From contig CAZKVI010000005.1 of the NCBI GenBank assembly GCA_964556185.1, positions 1-53,936 on the forward strand: a DNA stretch of 53,936 bases, in the 5' to 3' direction. The DNA comes from an uncultured Methanosarcinales archaeon (GTDB lineage: Archaea; Nanobdellota; Nanobdellia; Woesearchaeales; DSVV01). The notes below the pieces were generated by a model, which made no database searches, was not told the DNA's origin, and worked only from the letters and a program-made list of their open reading frames with translations. Below, one piece after another: positions 1-8,471 of the stretch (within the stretch, counting starts at the first letter, position 1; the number at the start of each line of letters is the position of its first letter). The translations under genes were made by a program, and so were the position numbers.

Positions 1-130
1 ATATGTTGTTTACCGAAGAAAGTATGCAAATGGGTCCTCTTTTGAGTGGGAATTGTATTCCTACGACGATTTGGAGATACTCTTGCATATAACAGCCCGA
101 CACGAGAGTACTCAATGGAGCGGTCGCTAA
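1..130 (+). CDS. 3' end of an unidentified CDS entering from the left edge (frame 2, stop TAA 128-130)
   Basis: There are 42 stop-free codons (...FEWELYSYDDLEILLHITARHESTQWSGR*) in an AT-rich genome. GC is visibly higher than in the following spacer. T-runs follow at 176-181 and 196-200. No family was recognised. Confidence 0.3.
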   Translation, partial: YVVYRRKYANGSSFEWELYSYDDLEILLHITARHESTQWSGR

Positions 131-468
131 ATGCAAGCAATGAGCTTGGGAGTTAGTGTTTCGGGCAACAAACCCTTTTTTAAGGGAAACAAGGCTTTTT
201 AGGCCTTAAATGAGTAAAACAAGTTAAAATCATAATTAATAGGATAAGATTCCAATCATCATTTCACAATTCAAATTTGGGCAATTTGCCTTATAGTATA
301 AGTAAAGTAATTAAGTTAGTTAAGTAGAAATTGATGAAAAGAGAGTCTTGTTCTAGATAAAATAAGAAGTATAGAAGTAGGTTACAATCATGTTCATCCA
401 TTCACTAAAAATAAAGTTGATTAAAGAAATTGATGAGATTGAACTACTTCTACACATCTAAATAGGAG

Positions 469-1746
469 ATGAAGAAAATGGGTAAAATTAGTCCTGTAAG
501 TGCAAAATATATTATTCACGCTACAATTCAAATTGAAGGAGTAGTAGACAGACCAGATGTTATTGGTGCTATTTTTGGTCAAACAGAGGGTTTATTAGGT
601 GCGGATTTAGAATTAAGAGAACTTCAAAGATCAGGAAGAATTGGTAGAATTGAAGTTAGTGCTGATACTAGATCTGGGAAAACACAAGGTACAATACTTA
701 TTCCATCTAGCTTAGATAAAGCAGAAACATCTATTGTTGGGGCTGCTTTAGAAGTGATTCAAAGGATTGGTCCATGTAATGCTAAGATTAAAGTTGGTTC
801 AATTGAAGATGTTAGAGTTTCAAAAAGACAATTTGTCATTGATAGAGCAAAAGAGCTTCTTAAGGAAATGATAGATTCTGTTATGCCTGATTCTCAAGAA
901 TTAGCAGATGAAGTAGCTCATTCTGTTAGGGTAATGGAAATTCAAGAATATGGTAAAGATAGATTACCTGCTGGTCCTAATATAGAGGATTCTGATGAAA
1001 TCCTTATTGTAGAAGGAAGAGCAGATGTTCTTAATTTACTAAAATATGGAATTAAGAATGCAGTTGCAATTAATGGTACATCTATTCCAGAAACAATAGT
1101 TGAACTTTGTAATAGAAAAATCGTTACAATGTTTGTTGATGGCGATAGGGGTGGAGATTTAATTATCAAAGAACTAACAGGTAGAGCTGAAGTTGACTTT
1201 GTAACTAAAGCTCCAGATGGTAAAGAAGTTGAAGAGATTACAAAAAAAGAAATCCATAAAGCTTTGAGGGCAAGAGTAAGTCCTGAACAAGCAAAAGATG
1301 TAAATGGAAACACTGAAAACAAGGAACGTGTTGTTAAAAAACCTGTTTCTTCTCCAACATATCAAAAGCCTGCACCAAGGGCGCCTCCACAAAGAAGGCC
1401 TGCACCAAGTGCACCACCAAGGAGAGTTGCACCAAGTGCTCCAGCACCAAAGATTTCTGCTGATGAGAAAAAGAAATTTGGTAAAATGCTTGAAGATTTA
1501 ATTGGAACAAGAGGAGCATATATCTTAGATAACAAATTAAGTATTCTAGGAAAAGTTCCATTTACAGAACTTGTTTCAACAATGAAAAGTCTAAGCACTG
1601 GTGTTTATGCTGTTGTCTTTGACGGTGATGCAGATGCAGATGTTTTAGGAGCTGCAGATAAGATTGGTGTTTCATTTGTCATTGGAATGGGTAGTAAAGT
1701 TAAACCAATGGGAAAAGTAAGTGTGCTTACTGTTGACGACTTGTAA
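469..1746 (+). CDS. dnaG: Archaeal DnaG-type primase (TOPRIM domain)
   Basis: The N-terminus KYIIHATIQIEGVVDRPDVIGAIFGQTEGLLG...LQRSGRIGRIEV is typical of archaeal DnaG. The TOPRIM core is ILIVEGRADVLNL...FVDGDRGGD. A second ATG at 478 is an alternative start. Confidence 0.9.
   Translation: MKKMGKISPVSAKYIIHATIQIEGVVDRPDVIGAIFGQTEGLLGADLELRELQRSGRIGRIEVSADTRSGKTQGTILIPSSLDKAETSIVGAALEVIQRIGPCNAKIKVGSIEDVRVSKRQFVIDRAKELLKEMIDSVMPDSQELADEVAHSVRVMEIQEYGKDRLPAGPNIEDSDEILIVEGRADVLNLLKYGIKNAVAINGTSIPETIVELCNRKIVTMFVDGDRGGDLIIKELTGRAEVDFVTKAPDGKEVEEITKKEIHKALRARVSPEQAKDVNGNTENKERVVKKPVSSPTYQKPAPRAPPQRRPAPSAPPRRVAPSAPAPKISADEKKKFGKMLEDLIGTRGAYILDNKLSILGKVPFTELVSTMKSLSTGVYAVVFDGDADADVLGAADKIGVSFVIGMGSKVKPMGKVSVLTVDDL
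1369..1452 (+). repeat. Imperfect 30-nt tandem repeat (about 2.8 units) inside dnaG, encoding a Pro/Ala/Arg-rich linker
   Basis: Unit 1 (1369-1398) is cctgcaccaagggcgcctccacaaagaagg. Unit 2 (1399-1428) is cctgcaccaagtgcaccaccaaggagagtt. A partial unit 3 covers 1429-1452. Together they encode PAPRAPPQRR/PAPSAPPRRV/APSAPAPK. The stretch is a local GC-rich island. Confidence 0.7.
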
Positions 1747-1750
1747 ATTA

Positions 1751-1770
1751 TTTTTTATTTATCTTTTTTT
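1751..1770 (+). terminator. Oligo-T tracts downstream of dnaG (candidate archaeal termination signals)
   Basis: A T6 run at 1751-1756 and a T7 run at 1764-1770 follow the dnaG stop (1744-1746). The region is a convergent gene junction. Confidence 0.35.
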
Positions 1771-1836
1771 CTTATTATTTCTAGCTTACTCTAATTATTT
1801 GTTAATAAAATAAAGAAAATAGAAAAAATAAGAGGA

Positions 1837-3366
1837 TTAAACCTCTTCTAATAATGTTTCAATGACTTGTCTGAATTCAGCTTCTTCTGCTGCTAAGTCT
1901 CCTGCGCTTTCATAGCCATTTCCAATTCTTGAATATTTACATCCAAAAACAAATGTTGGAATTGAACCACGTGGATTGAATTCTTGGTAAATAGCTAGGT
2001 GTTCTTGAGGAACTTCGCCTTCTTCTTCTGCAGTCATTGTGTCGTCGTTAATATCAATTTCCCAATGATAAGCTACAATATCTCCAGAATCAACATATTC
2101 TTGAGCAGTGCTTTCAAAGGTTTCAGTAATCCATTTACAGTGTGGGCACCATGTTGTACTGAAAAGATATACTACTGGTTTTCCATCTTCTGTACAGATT
2201 TCTGCGTCTTCTTTAACTGAGAATGTGCTTGAAGTTGTTGTTTGTGTTGTATCTGTTGCGGTTGTTGTGTCTATAGTAGTTGTATCTGTTGTAGTGTCTG
2301 CTGTTTGTTCAACATATTCAATTGTTGCAGTTGCTTCTAATCCTGCGATGTAATCTTCTAAAGCTGTTTGAAGTTCTTGATTTTCAAGAGTTTCTTTAAG
2401 TTCTTCTTCAAAATCTTCAAAACTATCTTTTTTGTCATTTAAGATTATGACGTGATAACCAAAGTCAGTTTCAACTTGTTCAGAAATTTCTCCGACATTT
2501 AAAGCAGCTGTAGCTTCTTCAAATTCAGGTACCATTTGTCCTTGTCCAAACCATCCAAGTTCTCCACCTACGCTTGCAGATGGTCCATCAGAGTATTCTT
2601 CTGCTAAAGATGCAAAGTCTTCTCCAAGATCAAGTTCTGTTTGAATTTCTGCGACAATAGCTTCAGCTTCTTCTTGTGTTCTTTCTTGAGTACAAGATGT
2701 TTTTCCTTCCCAACAAACTAAAATATGAGAAGCATGATATTGAATTAATGAGTCACTATTTTCATTAAAATAAGCTTCAACATCTTCATCTGTTACTTCT
2801 ACTTGAACTTCTTGTTCAGCTAATTTGTTGACAATTAAAGTTGATTCTAAGTCTGCTTTAATATCATCAATTGTTTGACCATTAAGACTTAATTGTGCTT
2901 CAAAGTCTTCCATTGTTAATCCTGCTTCTACAAGTGCTTCTGCAATGTATTCATCAACTTCTGCATTTGTTAATGTAATTCCTTTTGCTTCTGCTTCTTG
3001 TAAAATTAATTCTTTTGCAATTAATTGTTCTAAGAGTGCACTTTGTAATTCCTCTTCACCTAATTGTTGATAAAATTCAGGAAGTTTTGCAATCTCGGCA
3101 GTTACTGTTGCTTTTGTAATTGCGACTCCATTTACATAGACAAGTGCATCATCATCTGATACAACATCATCTCCTCCTGGAAATAATTTATCAGCATTTG
3201 TTACTAGTAAAAAGATTGCAATGATTGCAACAACTACACCAATTGTAAGATAATGTTTAGAAAATGAACATGATTCACATTTTGGTGCTTTTTCTGAAGT
3301 TTCTGTTTTTTCTTCAGGTTTTTGTTTTTTGGTTTTATGGCTTTTATGTTTTTTTTCTTTAACCAT
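1837..3366 (-). CDS. Membrane-anchored parvulin-type peptidyl-prolyl isomerase fused to a C-terminal thioredoxin-fold domain
   Basis: The order is: Lys-rich N-terminus, one TM helix (LTIGVVVAIIAIFLLV), a SurA-N-like helical region, a parvulin core (HASHILV...GGELGWFGQGQMVPEFE...FGYHVIIL), a Thr-rich linker (TTDTTTIDTTTATDTTQTTTSS) and a WCPHCK thioredoxin motif. Confidence 0.8.
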   Translation of the reverse strand: MVKEKKHKSHKTKKQKPEEKTETSEKAPKCESCSFSKHYLTIGVVVAIIAIFLLVTNADKLFPGGDDVVSDDDALVYVNGVAITKATVTAEIAKLPEFYQQLGEEELQSALLEQLIAKELILQEAEAKGITLTNAEVDEYIAEALVEAGLTMEDFEAQLSLNGQTIDDIKADLESTLIVNKLAEQEVQVEVTDEDVEAYFNENSDSLIQYHASHILVCWEGKTSCTQERTQEEAEAIVAEIQTELDLGEDFASLAEEYSDGPSASVGGELGWFGQGQMVPEFEEATAALNVGEISEQVETDFGYHVIILNDKKDSFEDFEEELKETLENQELQTALEDYIAGLEATATIEYVEQTADTTTDTTTIDTTTATDTTQTTTSSTFSVKEDAEICTEDGKPVVYLFSTTWCPHCKWITETFESTAQEYVDSGDIVAYHWEIDINDDTMTAEEEGEVPQEHLAIYQEFNPRGSIPTFVFGCKYSRIGNGYESAGDLAAEEAEFRQVIETLLEEV

Positions 3367-3494
3367 TGAATATCACCCTGTTTAAGCTGAAAAGTGGATG
3401 TTATTTAAATATTGTGATTACTTTAATAGAATAAATTGTATACTTACTACTAGATGATGAAGGACATAAATAATGAATATTTGTTATGCCCTTC

Positions 3495-3547
3495 AAACAT
3501 TAGTAAGCGATTAAGTTTATTAGTTATTTTGTCGCTTACTAATGTTT
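3495..3547. promoter_or_regulatory. Perfect 16-bp inverted repeat with a 21-nt spacer in a divergent promoter region (candidate operator)
   Basis: aaacattagtaagcga (3495-3510) is the exact reverse complement of tcgcttactaatgttt (3532-3547). It ends 4 nt before the BRE/TATA-like element of the HerA-like gene. Confidence 0.5.
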
Positions 3548-3551
3548 CAAT

Positions 3552-3565
3552 AAATTTTTATATTT
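3552..3565 (+). promoter_or_regulatory. BRE/TATA-like box for the HerA-like ATPase gene (leaderless spacing)
   Basis: The sequence aaatttttatattt is centred about 25 nt upstream of ATG 3585. Confidence 0.45.
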
Positions 3566-3584
3566 GGGAAGTTTTGGATAGAAT

Positions 3585-4898
3585 ATGTATGAAATTATCT
3601 TAGGAAGGGGACAAAAAGATAAGGAAAAATTAGGTGACAAAGGAGCTGTTTTTCTAGGTAAACAATATGTAAAAATGGGTCAAACTACTTCATTATCTAA
3701 TGAAGTGTTCATGGATATGGTTAGAAGCCATGTTGTCTATATTTGCGGTAAAAGAGGTTCTGGAAAGTCTTATACAATGGGTGTTATGGCAGAAGGTATG
3801 GCAAGTTTGCCTCCTGAAGTTAAGAATAATCTTAGTATTATTCTTTTAGATACAATGGGAATTTATTGGACAATGAAATATGCAAATAAAAAAGAAGATT
3901 ATTTGCTTAAAGAATGGGGTATTGAAGCAAAACCTTTAGATGTTCAAATTTATACACCTCATCAATTTCATAAAGAGTATGCTGAAAAAGGTATTCCAAC
4001 TGATTTTCCATTTTCAATTAAACCAGCTGAGTTAAATCCTGCTGATTGGTGTTTGAGTTTTGAGGTTACTACAATGCATCCAATGGGTGTGTTAGTTGAA
4101 AGAGTAATAAATAGACTAAAAGAAAAAGGCGATGATTTTGATATTGATGATATTATAAAAGAAGTTCAACAAGATACAAAAAGTGAACAACATGTAAAAG
4201 ATGCAACTGAAAATAGATTTTTGAGTGCAAACTCTTGGGGAATTTTTTCAAAAGAAGGAACAGCATTAAAAGAGTTGTCTAAAGGTGGACAAGTTACTGT
4301 TTTAGATATGAGTTGTTATGCAACTAAAGCAGATGGATGGAAAATTAAGGCATTAGTTGTTGGTTTAATTGCAGAGAAATTATTTTTAGAAAGAATGGTT
4401 GCAAGAAAAGCAGAAGAATATGAAGATATTCATGAAGCTGTTCATTATTTTACAAGTACTGAGAAAAAAGAAAATTTTCCAATGGTTTGGTTGGTTTTAG
4501 ATGAAGCACATGAGTTATTGCCGCGCGAGGGAAAGACTGCTGCAACAGATGCATTAGTTACAATATTAAGAGAAGGTAGACAACCAGGTATAAGTTTAAT
4601 CTTGGCAACGCAGCAACCGGCTAAGATACATACAGATGTTATGACACAGGCAGATATTGTAATTAGTCATAGAATTACTGCAAGATTAGATACAGATGCA
4701 TTAGCAATGATAACACAAACATGGATGAGGGAGGGTTTGGATAAAGCTATGGAAATATTGCCGAGAGTAAAGGGTGCTGCAGTTGTATTTGATGATGTTA
4801 ATGAAAGAATTTATCCAATGAGAATAAGACCAAGGTTTACATGGCATGGTGGCGAAGCTCCTTTAGCAGTTAGTGAGAAAAAGAGTGAATTATTTTGA
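3585..4898 (+). CDS. HerA/FtsK-superfamily P-loop ATPase (DUF87/COG0433-like)
   Basis: Walker A is CGKRGSGKSYT and Walker B is MVWLVLDEAHELL. It also has ILATQQP and a C-terminal RPRFTWHGG tail, both typical of HerA-like ATPases. No NurA partner is seen nearby. Confidence 0.7.
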   Translation: MYEIILGRGQKDKEKLGDKGAVFLGKQYVKMGQTTSLSNEVFMDMVRSHVVYICGKRGSGKSYTMGVMAEGMASLPPEVKNNLSIILLDTMGIYWTMKYANKKEDYLLKEWGIEAKPLDVQIYTPHQFHKEYAEKGIPTDFPFSIKPAELNPADWCLSFEVTTMHPMGVLVERVINRLKEKGDDFDIDDIIKEVQQDTKSEQHVKDATENRFLSANSWGIFSKEGTALKELSKGGQVTVLDMSCYATKADGWKIKALVVGLIAEKLFLERMVARKAEEYEDIHEAVHYFTSTEKKENFPMVWLVLDEAHELLPREGKTAATDALVTILREGRQPGISLILATQQPAKIHTDVMTQADIVISHRITARLDTDALAMITQTWMREGLDKAMEILPRVKGAAVVFDDVNERIYPMRIRPRFTWHGGEAPLAVSEKKSELF

Positions 4899-4945
4899 TT
4901 AGAATTATGGCAACCTTTTAATAGTATTAAATTCTTAGGTATGTT

Positions 4946-5893
4946 ATGAAGCATTCGTTAAAGATAACATTGATCTTATTGTTTATTTTTTTATTAGCGC
5001 AATTTATTGGTTTATTAGTTGTTTCTCAATATATTGATATTGAAACATCTGCAATTAGTGGAGAAACTGTATTAAATGAAGAAACATATGATATAACTGG
5101 GATACAACCACCAGAGATTGAAAATGAATCACTTTCTTTTATTTATATTGCTATTGTTATAGGGACTGTGTTAATCTTATTGATAATCAAATATAAGAAA
5201 AGATATTTATGGAAGATTTGGTTTTTCTTGAGTGTGTTTATTTGTTTATTGATAAGTTTAAGTCCATTTGTTTATTTGTTATTATTGTATTTAGTTAGTG
5301 GGTTAGAGATTTTTGCTTATCCTGTTGCTTTTGTGTTGGCTGCAGTGTTTGCATGGATGAAAACTTGGAGAAATAATGTTTATGTTCATAATTTTACAGA
5401 ACTTTTTATTTATGGTGGTTTGGCTGCTGTTATTGTTCCTGTGTTGAATATGACTTCTGTAGTTATTATTATTGTTATAATTGCATTTTATGATATGTAT
5501 GCTGTTTGGAAAAGTAAACATATGGTTAAAATGGCTAAATTCCAAGCAAAAGAGAAATTATTTGCAGGATTGTATATTCCTTATAGTATTGGTAAAGAAG
5601 TTAAGGCGAAAGTTGGTAAGAAGATTGGAAAGATTAAGAAAGGAAAAAGTGTAAAGGTAAAAACTGGGTCTGCCATATTGGGTGGTGGAGATATTGCATT
5701 TCCTTTGTTGTTTTCTGGTGTGTTGTTTAAGACAACTGGAATGGTTTTTGCTCCTGTAATTACTTCAATAACTTCAATGTTGGCACTTGGTTTATTGTTT
5801 TTCTATAGCCAGAAAAAGAAATTCTATCCAGCAATGCCTTTTATTGCAACTGGGCTGTTTATTGGATATGGAATAGTATTATTGTTAATATAG
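4946..5893 (+). CDS. Presenilin/signal-peptide-peptidase-like intramembrane aspartyl protease (DUF1119-like)
   Basis: The protein is polytopic, with the catalytic-type motifs FYD (AFYDMYAV) and GGGD (ILGGGDIAFP), separated by a Lys-rich loop. A PAL-like YPAMPF lies in the last helices. Confidence 0.7.
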   Translation: MKHSLKITLILLFIFLLAQFIGLLVVSQYIDIETSAISGETVLNEETYDITGIQPPEIENESLSFIYIAIVIGTVLILLIIKYKKRYLWKIWFFLSVFICLLISLSPFVYLLLLYLVSGLEIFAYPVAFVLAAVFAWMKTWRNNVYVHNFTELFIYGGLAAVIVPVLNMTSVVIIIVIIAFYDMYAVWKSKHMVKMAKFQAKEKLFAGLYIPYSIGKEVKAKVGKKIGKIKKGKSVKVKTGSAILGGGDIAFPLLFSGVLFKTTGMVFAPVITSITSMLALGLLFFYSQKKKFYPAMPFIATGLFIGYGIVLLLI

Positions 5894-5915
5894 CAATATT
5901 GATCCATATATGAGT

Positions 5916-5929
5916 AAAAGTTATAAATT
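5916..5929 (+). promoter_or_regulatory. BRE/TATA-like box upstream of the pta operon
   Basis: The sequence is aaaagttataaatt. It is followed by an SD-like aaaggtga (5960-5967) 4 nt before ATG 5972. Confidence 0.4.
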
Positions 5930-5971
5930 CTAGTATATTAGTCTGTTTTATTGATAATTAAAGGTGATTAT

Positions 5972-6961
5972 ATGGTAGATCTATTAAAATTAGCTAAGAA
6001 AAAGGCAGTAGAAAAAGAACAAATTGTTATAATTCCAGAAGGTTGGGACGAAAGAGTGTTGAAAGCAGTTGATAAGGTGTTAAAGGAAGGTCTTTGTAAG
6101 GTTATTTTACTTGGAGATGAAGATGAGATTAAAGGGAAGTGTAAATCTGGTGGATTTGATATTGGCGATACAGAGATTTACAATCCAAAAACTTCAGAAT
6201 TAAGAGAAAAGTTTGCTCAAGTTTTGTTTGAGAAAAGAAAACATAAAGGAATGACATTGGAAAAAGCAACTAAGTTAATTAGAAATGAGAATTATTTTGC
6301 AATGGTTATGCTTGATCAAGGTTATGGTGGGGCAGTGGCTGGAAGTTGCATTTGTAGTACAGCGGATTTAATGAGGCCTGCATTACAAGTTATTGGAGCT
6401 AGAGAAAAAGGTAAATTAGTTACAAGTGCTTCTATTATGATTGATAAGGATAATAATAGAGTAATTGCAAGTGGTGATGATTCAATTGTTATTGATCCAA
6501 CACCAGAACAAAGAGCTGATATTGGTTTTGAGATTGCAAATATGGTAAAAGGGTTTGGAATTGATCCAAAAGTTGCATTTTTATCTCATTCTACAAATGG
6601 TTCTGGAGAACATCCAATTTTAGAACCGATTCGAGAAAGTATTAAGATTTTTAGAGAGAAGTGGCCAAAGATTCCTTGTGCAGAAATGGAAATGCAAGCA
6701 GATGCTGCAATTAATCCAGATGCATGTAAGAAAAAATGGCCAGAGAGTAAAGTTGTTCATGGAGATGCAAATGTATTAGTGTTTCCAAATATATTGGTGG
6801 GAAATGTTGTTGGACATTTGATGATGCAGTTAGTTGAGAGAGAATTTGTTTTTATGACTCTTGGAATGAGAAAACCTGTACAAGTAATGGGAAGAAGCTC
6901 TCCATGGGAAAGGATTTATGATGTTCTTATATTGGCAGCTGCACAAGCTAATATGGGATAA
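5972..6961 (+). CDS. pta: Phosphate acetyl/butyryl-transferase (PTA_PTB family)
   Basis: Full-length resemblance to short Pta: IIPEGWDERVLKA, RKHKGMT, YFAMVMLDQGYGGAVAGS, LMRPALQVIG, VAFLSHSTNGSG, QADAA, LVFPNILVGNV. The ORF track begins at TTG 5951, but ATG 5972 with an SD is preferred. Confidence 0.85.
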   Translation: MVDLLKLAKKKAVEKEQIVIIPEGWDERVLKAVDKVLKEGLCKVILLGDEDEIKGKCKSGGFDIGDTEIYNPKTSELREKFAQVLFEKRKHKGMTLEKATKLIRNENYFAMVMLDQGYGGAVAGSCICSTADLMRPALQVIGAREKGKLVTSASIMIDKDNNRVIASGDDSIVIDPTPEQRADIGFEIANMVKGFGIDPKVAFLSHSTNGSGEHPILEPIRESIKIFREKWPKIPCAEMEMQADAAINPDACKKKWPESKVVHGDANVLVFPNILVGNVVGHLMMQLVEREFVFMTLGMRKPVQVMGRSSPWERIYDVLILAAAQANMG

Positions 6962-6995
6962 GTGTGTATTGAATTAGTGTTTTAAGGAGATTGTA

Positions 6996-8471
6996 ATGGA
7001 ACAACGAATTTTAGAATTATTAAAGAAGAAATGGTATTTTCAAGGGTTTAATGGAACACCGGGATTATTAAATGGTGCTACATGGTCTGCTGTTAGAGAC
7101 ATGCATGAAGTTCTTGGTTATGGTTATAGTGCAATAATTACGTTTTATGAAGGAGATAAATGTTATTTTCTTTATGGTTGGGAAGATTTGTATGCAATAT
7201 TAGATAATTTGCTTAAGAAGGTTAGAAAAGATAGTGGATATCTTAAGTTTTTGCTTGATAAAGATGAAGAAATTTGTAAAGATGTTTTGGAATTTTATGA
7301 AAAGATTAATTGTGGTGGGTTGAGTAAGCTTAGTGATGAGGAAATTGGTGAGTTGTATAAAAAAGTTAATTTGAAGTATTCTTATTTACTTGGTGTTTCT
7401 CATATGATTGAAGGATTTACACAAACTACTGAAGATAAAATTAGAGAACTTGTCGAGAGAAATGAGAAGAAAAGTGGAAAAGAATTGATGAAAGTATTGA
7501 TTTCTCCTGTTAGTCATTCTTTTATGAGTATTGAACATAATAAATTGTATAAAATTGTTAATGAGGTAAAAAAGTTAGGCATCTCTGTTGTTGATGATAA
7601 AGTATTGGAGAATGTTGAAGTTAGGAAAATGATTGAAGATCACAGAGATTCTTATTATTGGAAGAATAATGGTTTTTCTTGTGTAAAAATTCTAGGCACT
7701 AGTGATTTTGTTAATGAGATCAATGAAATTATTGAAAAAGATGTTGATGTCGACGAGAAAATTAATGAGTTTGAAGCTATTAGTGGAAATAGTGATAGGA
7801 AAGAGAAAGTTTTGGAATTGGTTGGTGATAGTGAGTTAACTGAAATGATTGAGATTAATGATGTTATATTTAGAATTCATGATAGAAGAAAAGAACATAT
7901 GACTATTTCTCTTCATTATTTGAATTTATTACATGAAGAAGCTGCAAGGCGGTTTAATGTAGATGTTGAATTAGTGAGGTTTGCGAGAGTTGATGAGTTA
8001 GCTAAAGTTGGTGAGATGGTTGACGAATTAAAGCTACGGAGAGAGAAAAGTGTATTTGTGTTTTTTCCAGATAATGAATATGCTTTTACTGGTGATGTTG
8101 CAGATGAATATATTCGTGAATTAACTAAGCAAAGGGATGTTCAGATTGATGATGTAATAAAAGGTAATGGTGCATCGCTTGGGAAAGTTAAAGGTAAAGT
8201 TAAGATTTGTCGAGGAGTTGAAGAAATATCTAAAATGGAAGATGGTTGTGTTTTAGTAGCATGTATGACTCAACCTGAGTTTGTACCTGCGATGAAAAAA
8301 GCTGTTGCAGTTATTACAGACGAAGGTGGATTGACTTGTCATGCAGCTATAATTAGTAGGGAATTAGGAATTCCATGTGTTATTGGTACAAAAAATGCTA
8401 CACAAGTTTTAAAAGATGGTGAAATTGTTGAAGTAGATGCTGATAATGGTGTTGTGAAGGTATTAAAATGA
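6996..8471 (+). CDS. Paralogue 1: ~380-aa unassigned N-terminal domain plus a C-terminal PEP-utilising-enzyme mobile (swivel phospho-His) domain
   Basis: The C-terminus is CVLVACMTQPEFVPAMKKAVAVITDEGGLTCHAAIISRELGIPCVIGT. The N-terminal landmarks are KKWYFQG and YYWKNNGF. No GGKxxNL ATP-grasp opening motif or PEP/pyruvate TIM-barrel domain is visible. Confidence 0.8.
   Translation: MEQRILELLKKKWYFQGFNGTPGLLNGATWSAVRDMHEVLGYGYSAIITFYEGDKCYFLYGWEDLYAILDNLLKKVRKDSGYLKFLLDKDEEICKDVLEFYEKINCGGLSKLSDEEIGELYKKVNLKYSYLLGVSHMIEGFTQTTEDKIRELVERNEKKSGKELMKVLISPVSHSFMSIEHNKLYKIVNEVKKLGISVVDDKVLENVEVRKMIEDHRDSYYWKNNGFSCVKILGTSDFVNEINEIIEKDVDVDEKINEFEAISGNSDRKEKVLELVGDSELTEMIEINDVIFRIHDRRKEHMTISLHYLNLLHEEAARRFNVDVELVRFARVDELAKVGEMVDELKLRREKSVFVFFPDNEYAFTGDVADEYIRELTKQRDVQIDDVIKGNGASLGKVKGKVKICRGVEEISKMEDGCVLVACMTQPEFVPAMKKAVAVITDEGGLTCHAAIISRELGIPCVIGTKNATQVLKDGEIVEVDADNGVVKVLK

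Noticed and set aside
1-181. A GC-richer left-edge segment, considered as a fragment of a structured RNA (rRNA 3' end, RNase P or SRP RNA).
   Set aside because: I could not find any of the conserved motifs of these RNAs, such as a sarcin-ricin-like AGUACGAGAGGA or the RNase P GAGGAAAGUCC. A 42-codon stop-free frame ending at 130 fits a CDS tail better.
942-1598. Antisense and alternative-frame ORFs inside dnaG (942-1322, 1174-1392, 1304-1501, 1334-1561, 1362-1598).
   Set aside because: They lie entirely within a confidently identified gene. Their translations are low-complexity and hydrophobic or Ser/Leu-rich, as expected for shadow frames. The same reasoning applies to the other embedded ORFs in the track, for example 10876-11352, 32787-33242, 36794-37234, 44645-45010 and 51103-51588.
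2230-2310. An ACA/ACT-rich repetitive DNA stretch in the PPIase-Trx gene, considered as a microsatellite or phase-variation tract.
   Set aside because: It encodes an in-frame Thr-rich linker with irregular units. There is no homopolymer or perfect short tandem repeat that would shift the frame.
3450-3470. A GATGATGA (C-box-like) sequence in the 3367-3584 spacer, considered as a second C/D sRNA.
   Set aside because: There is no downstream CUGA D box, no terminal stem and no GC-rich island around it.
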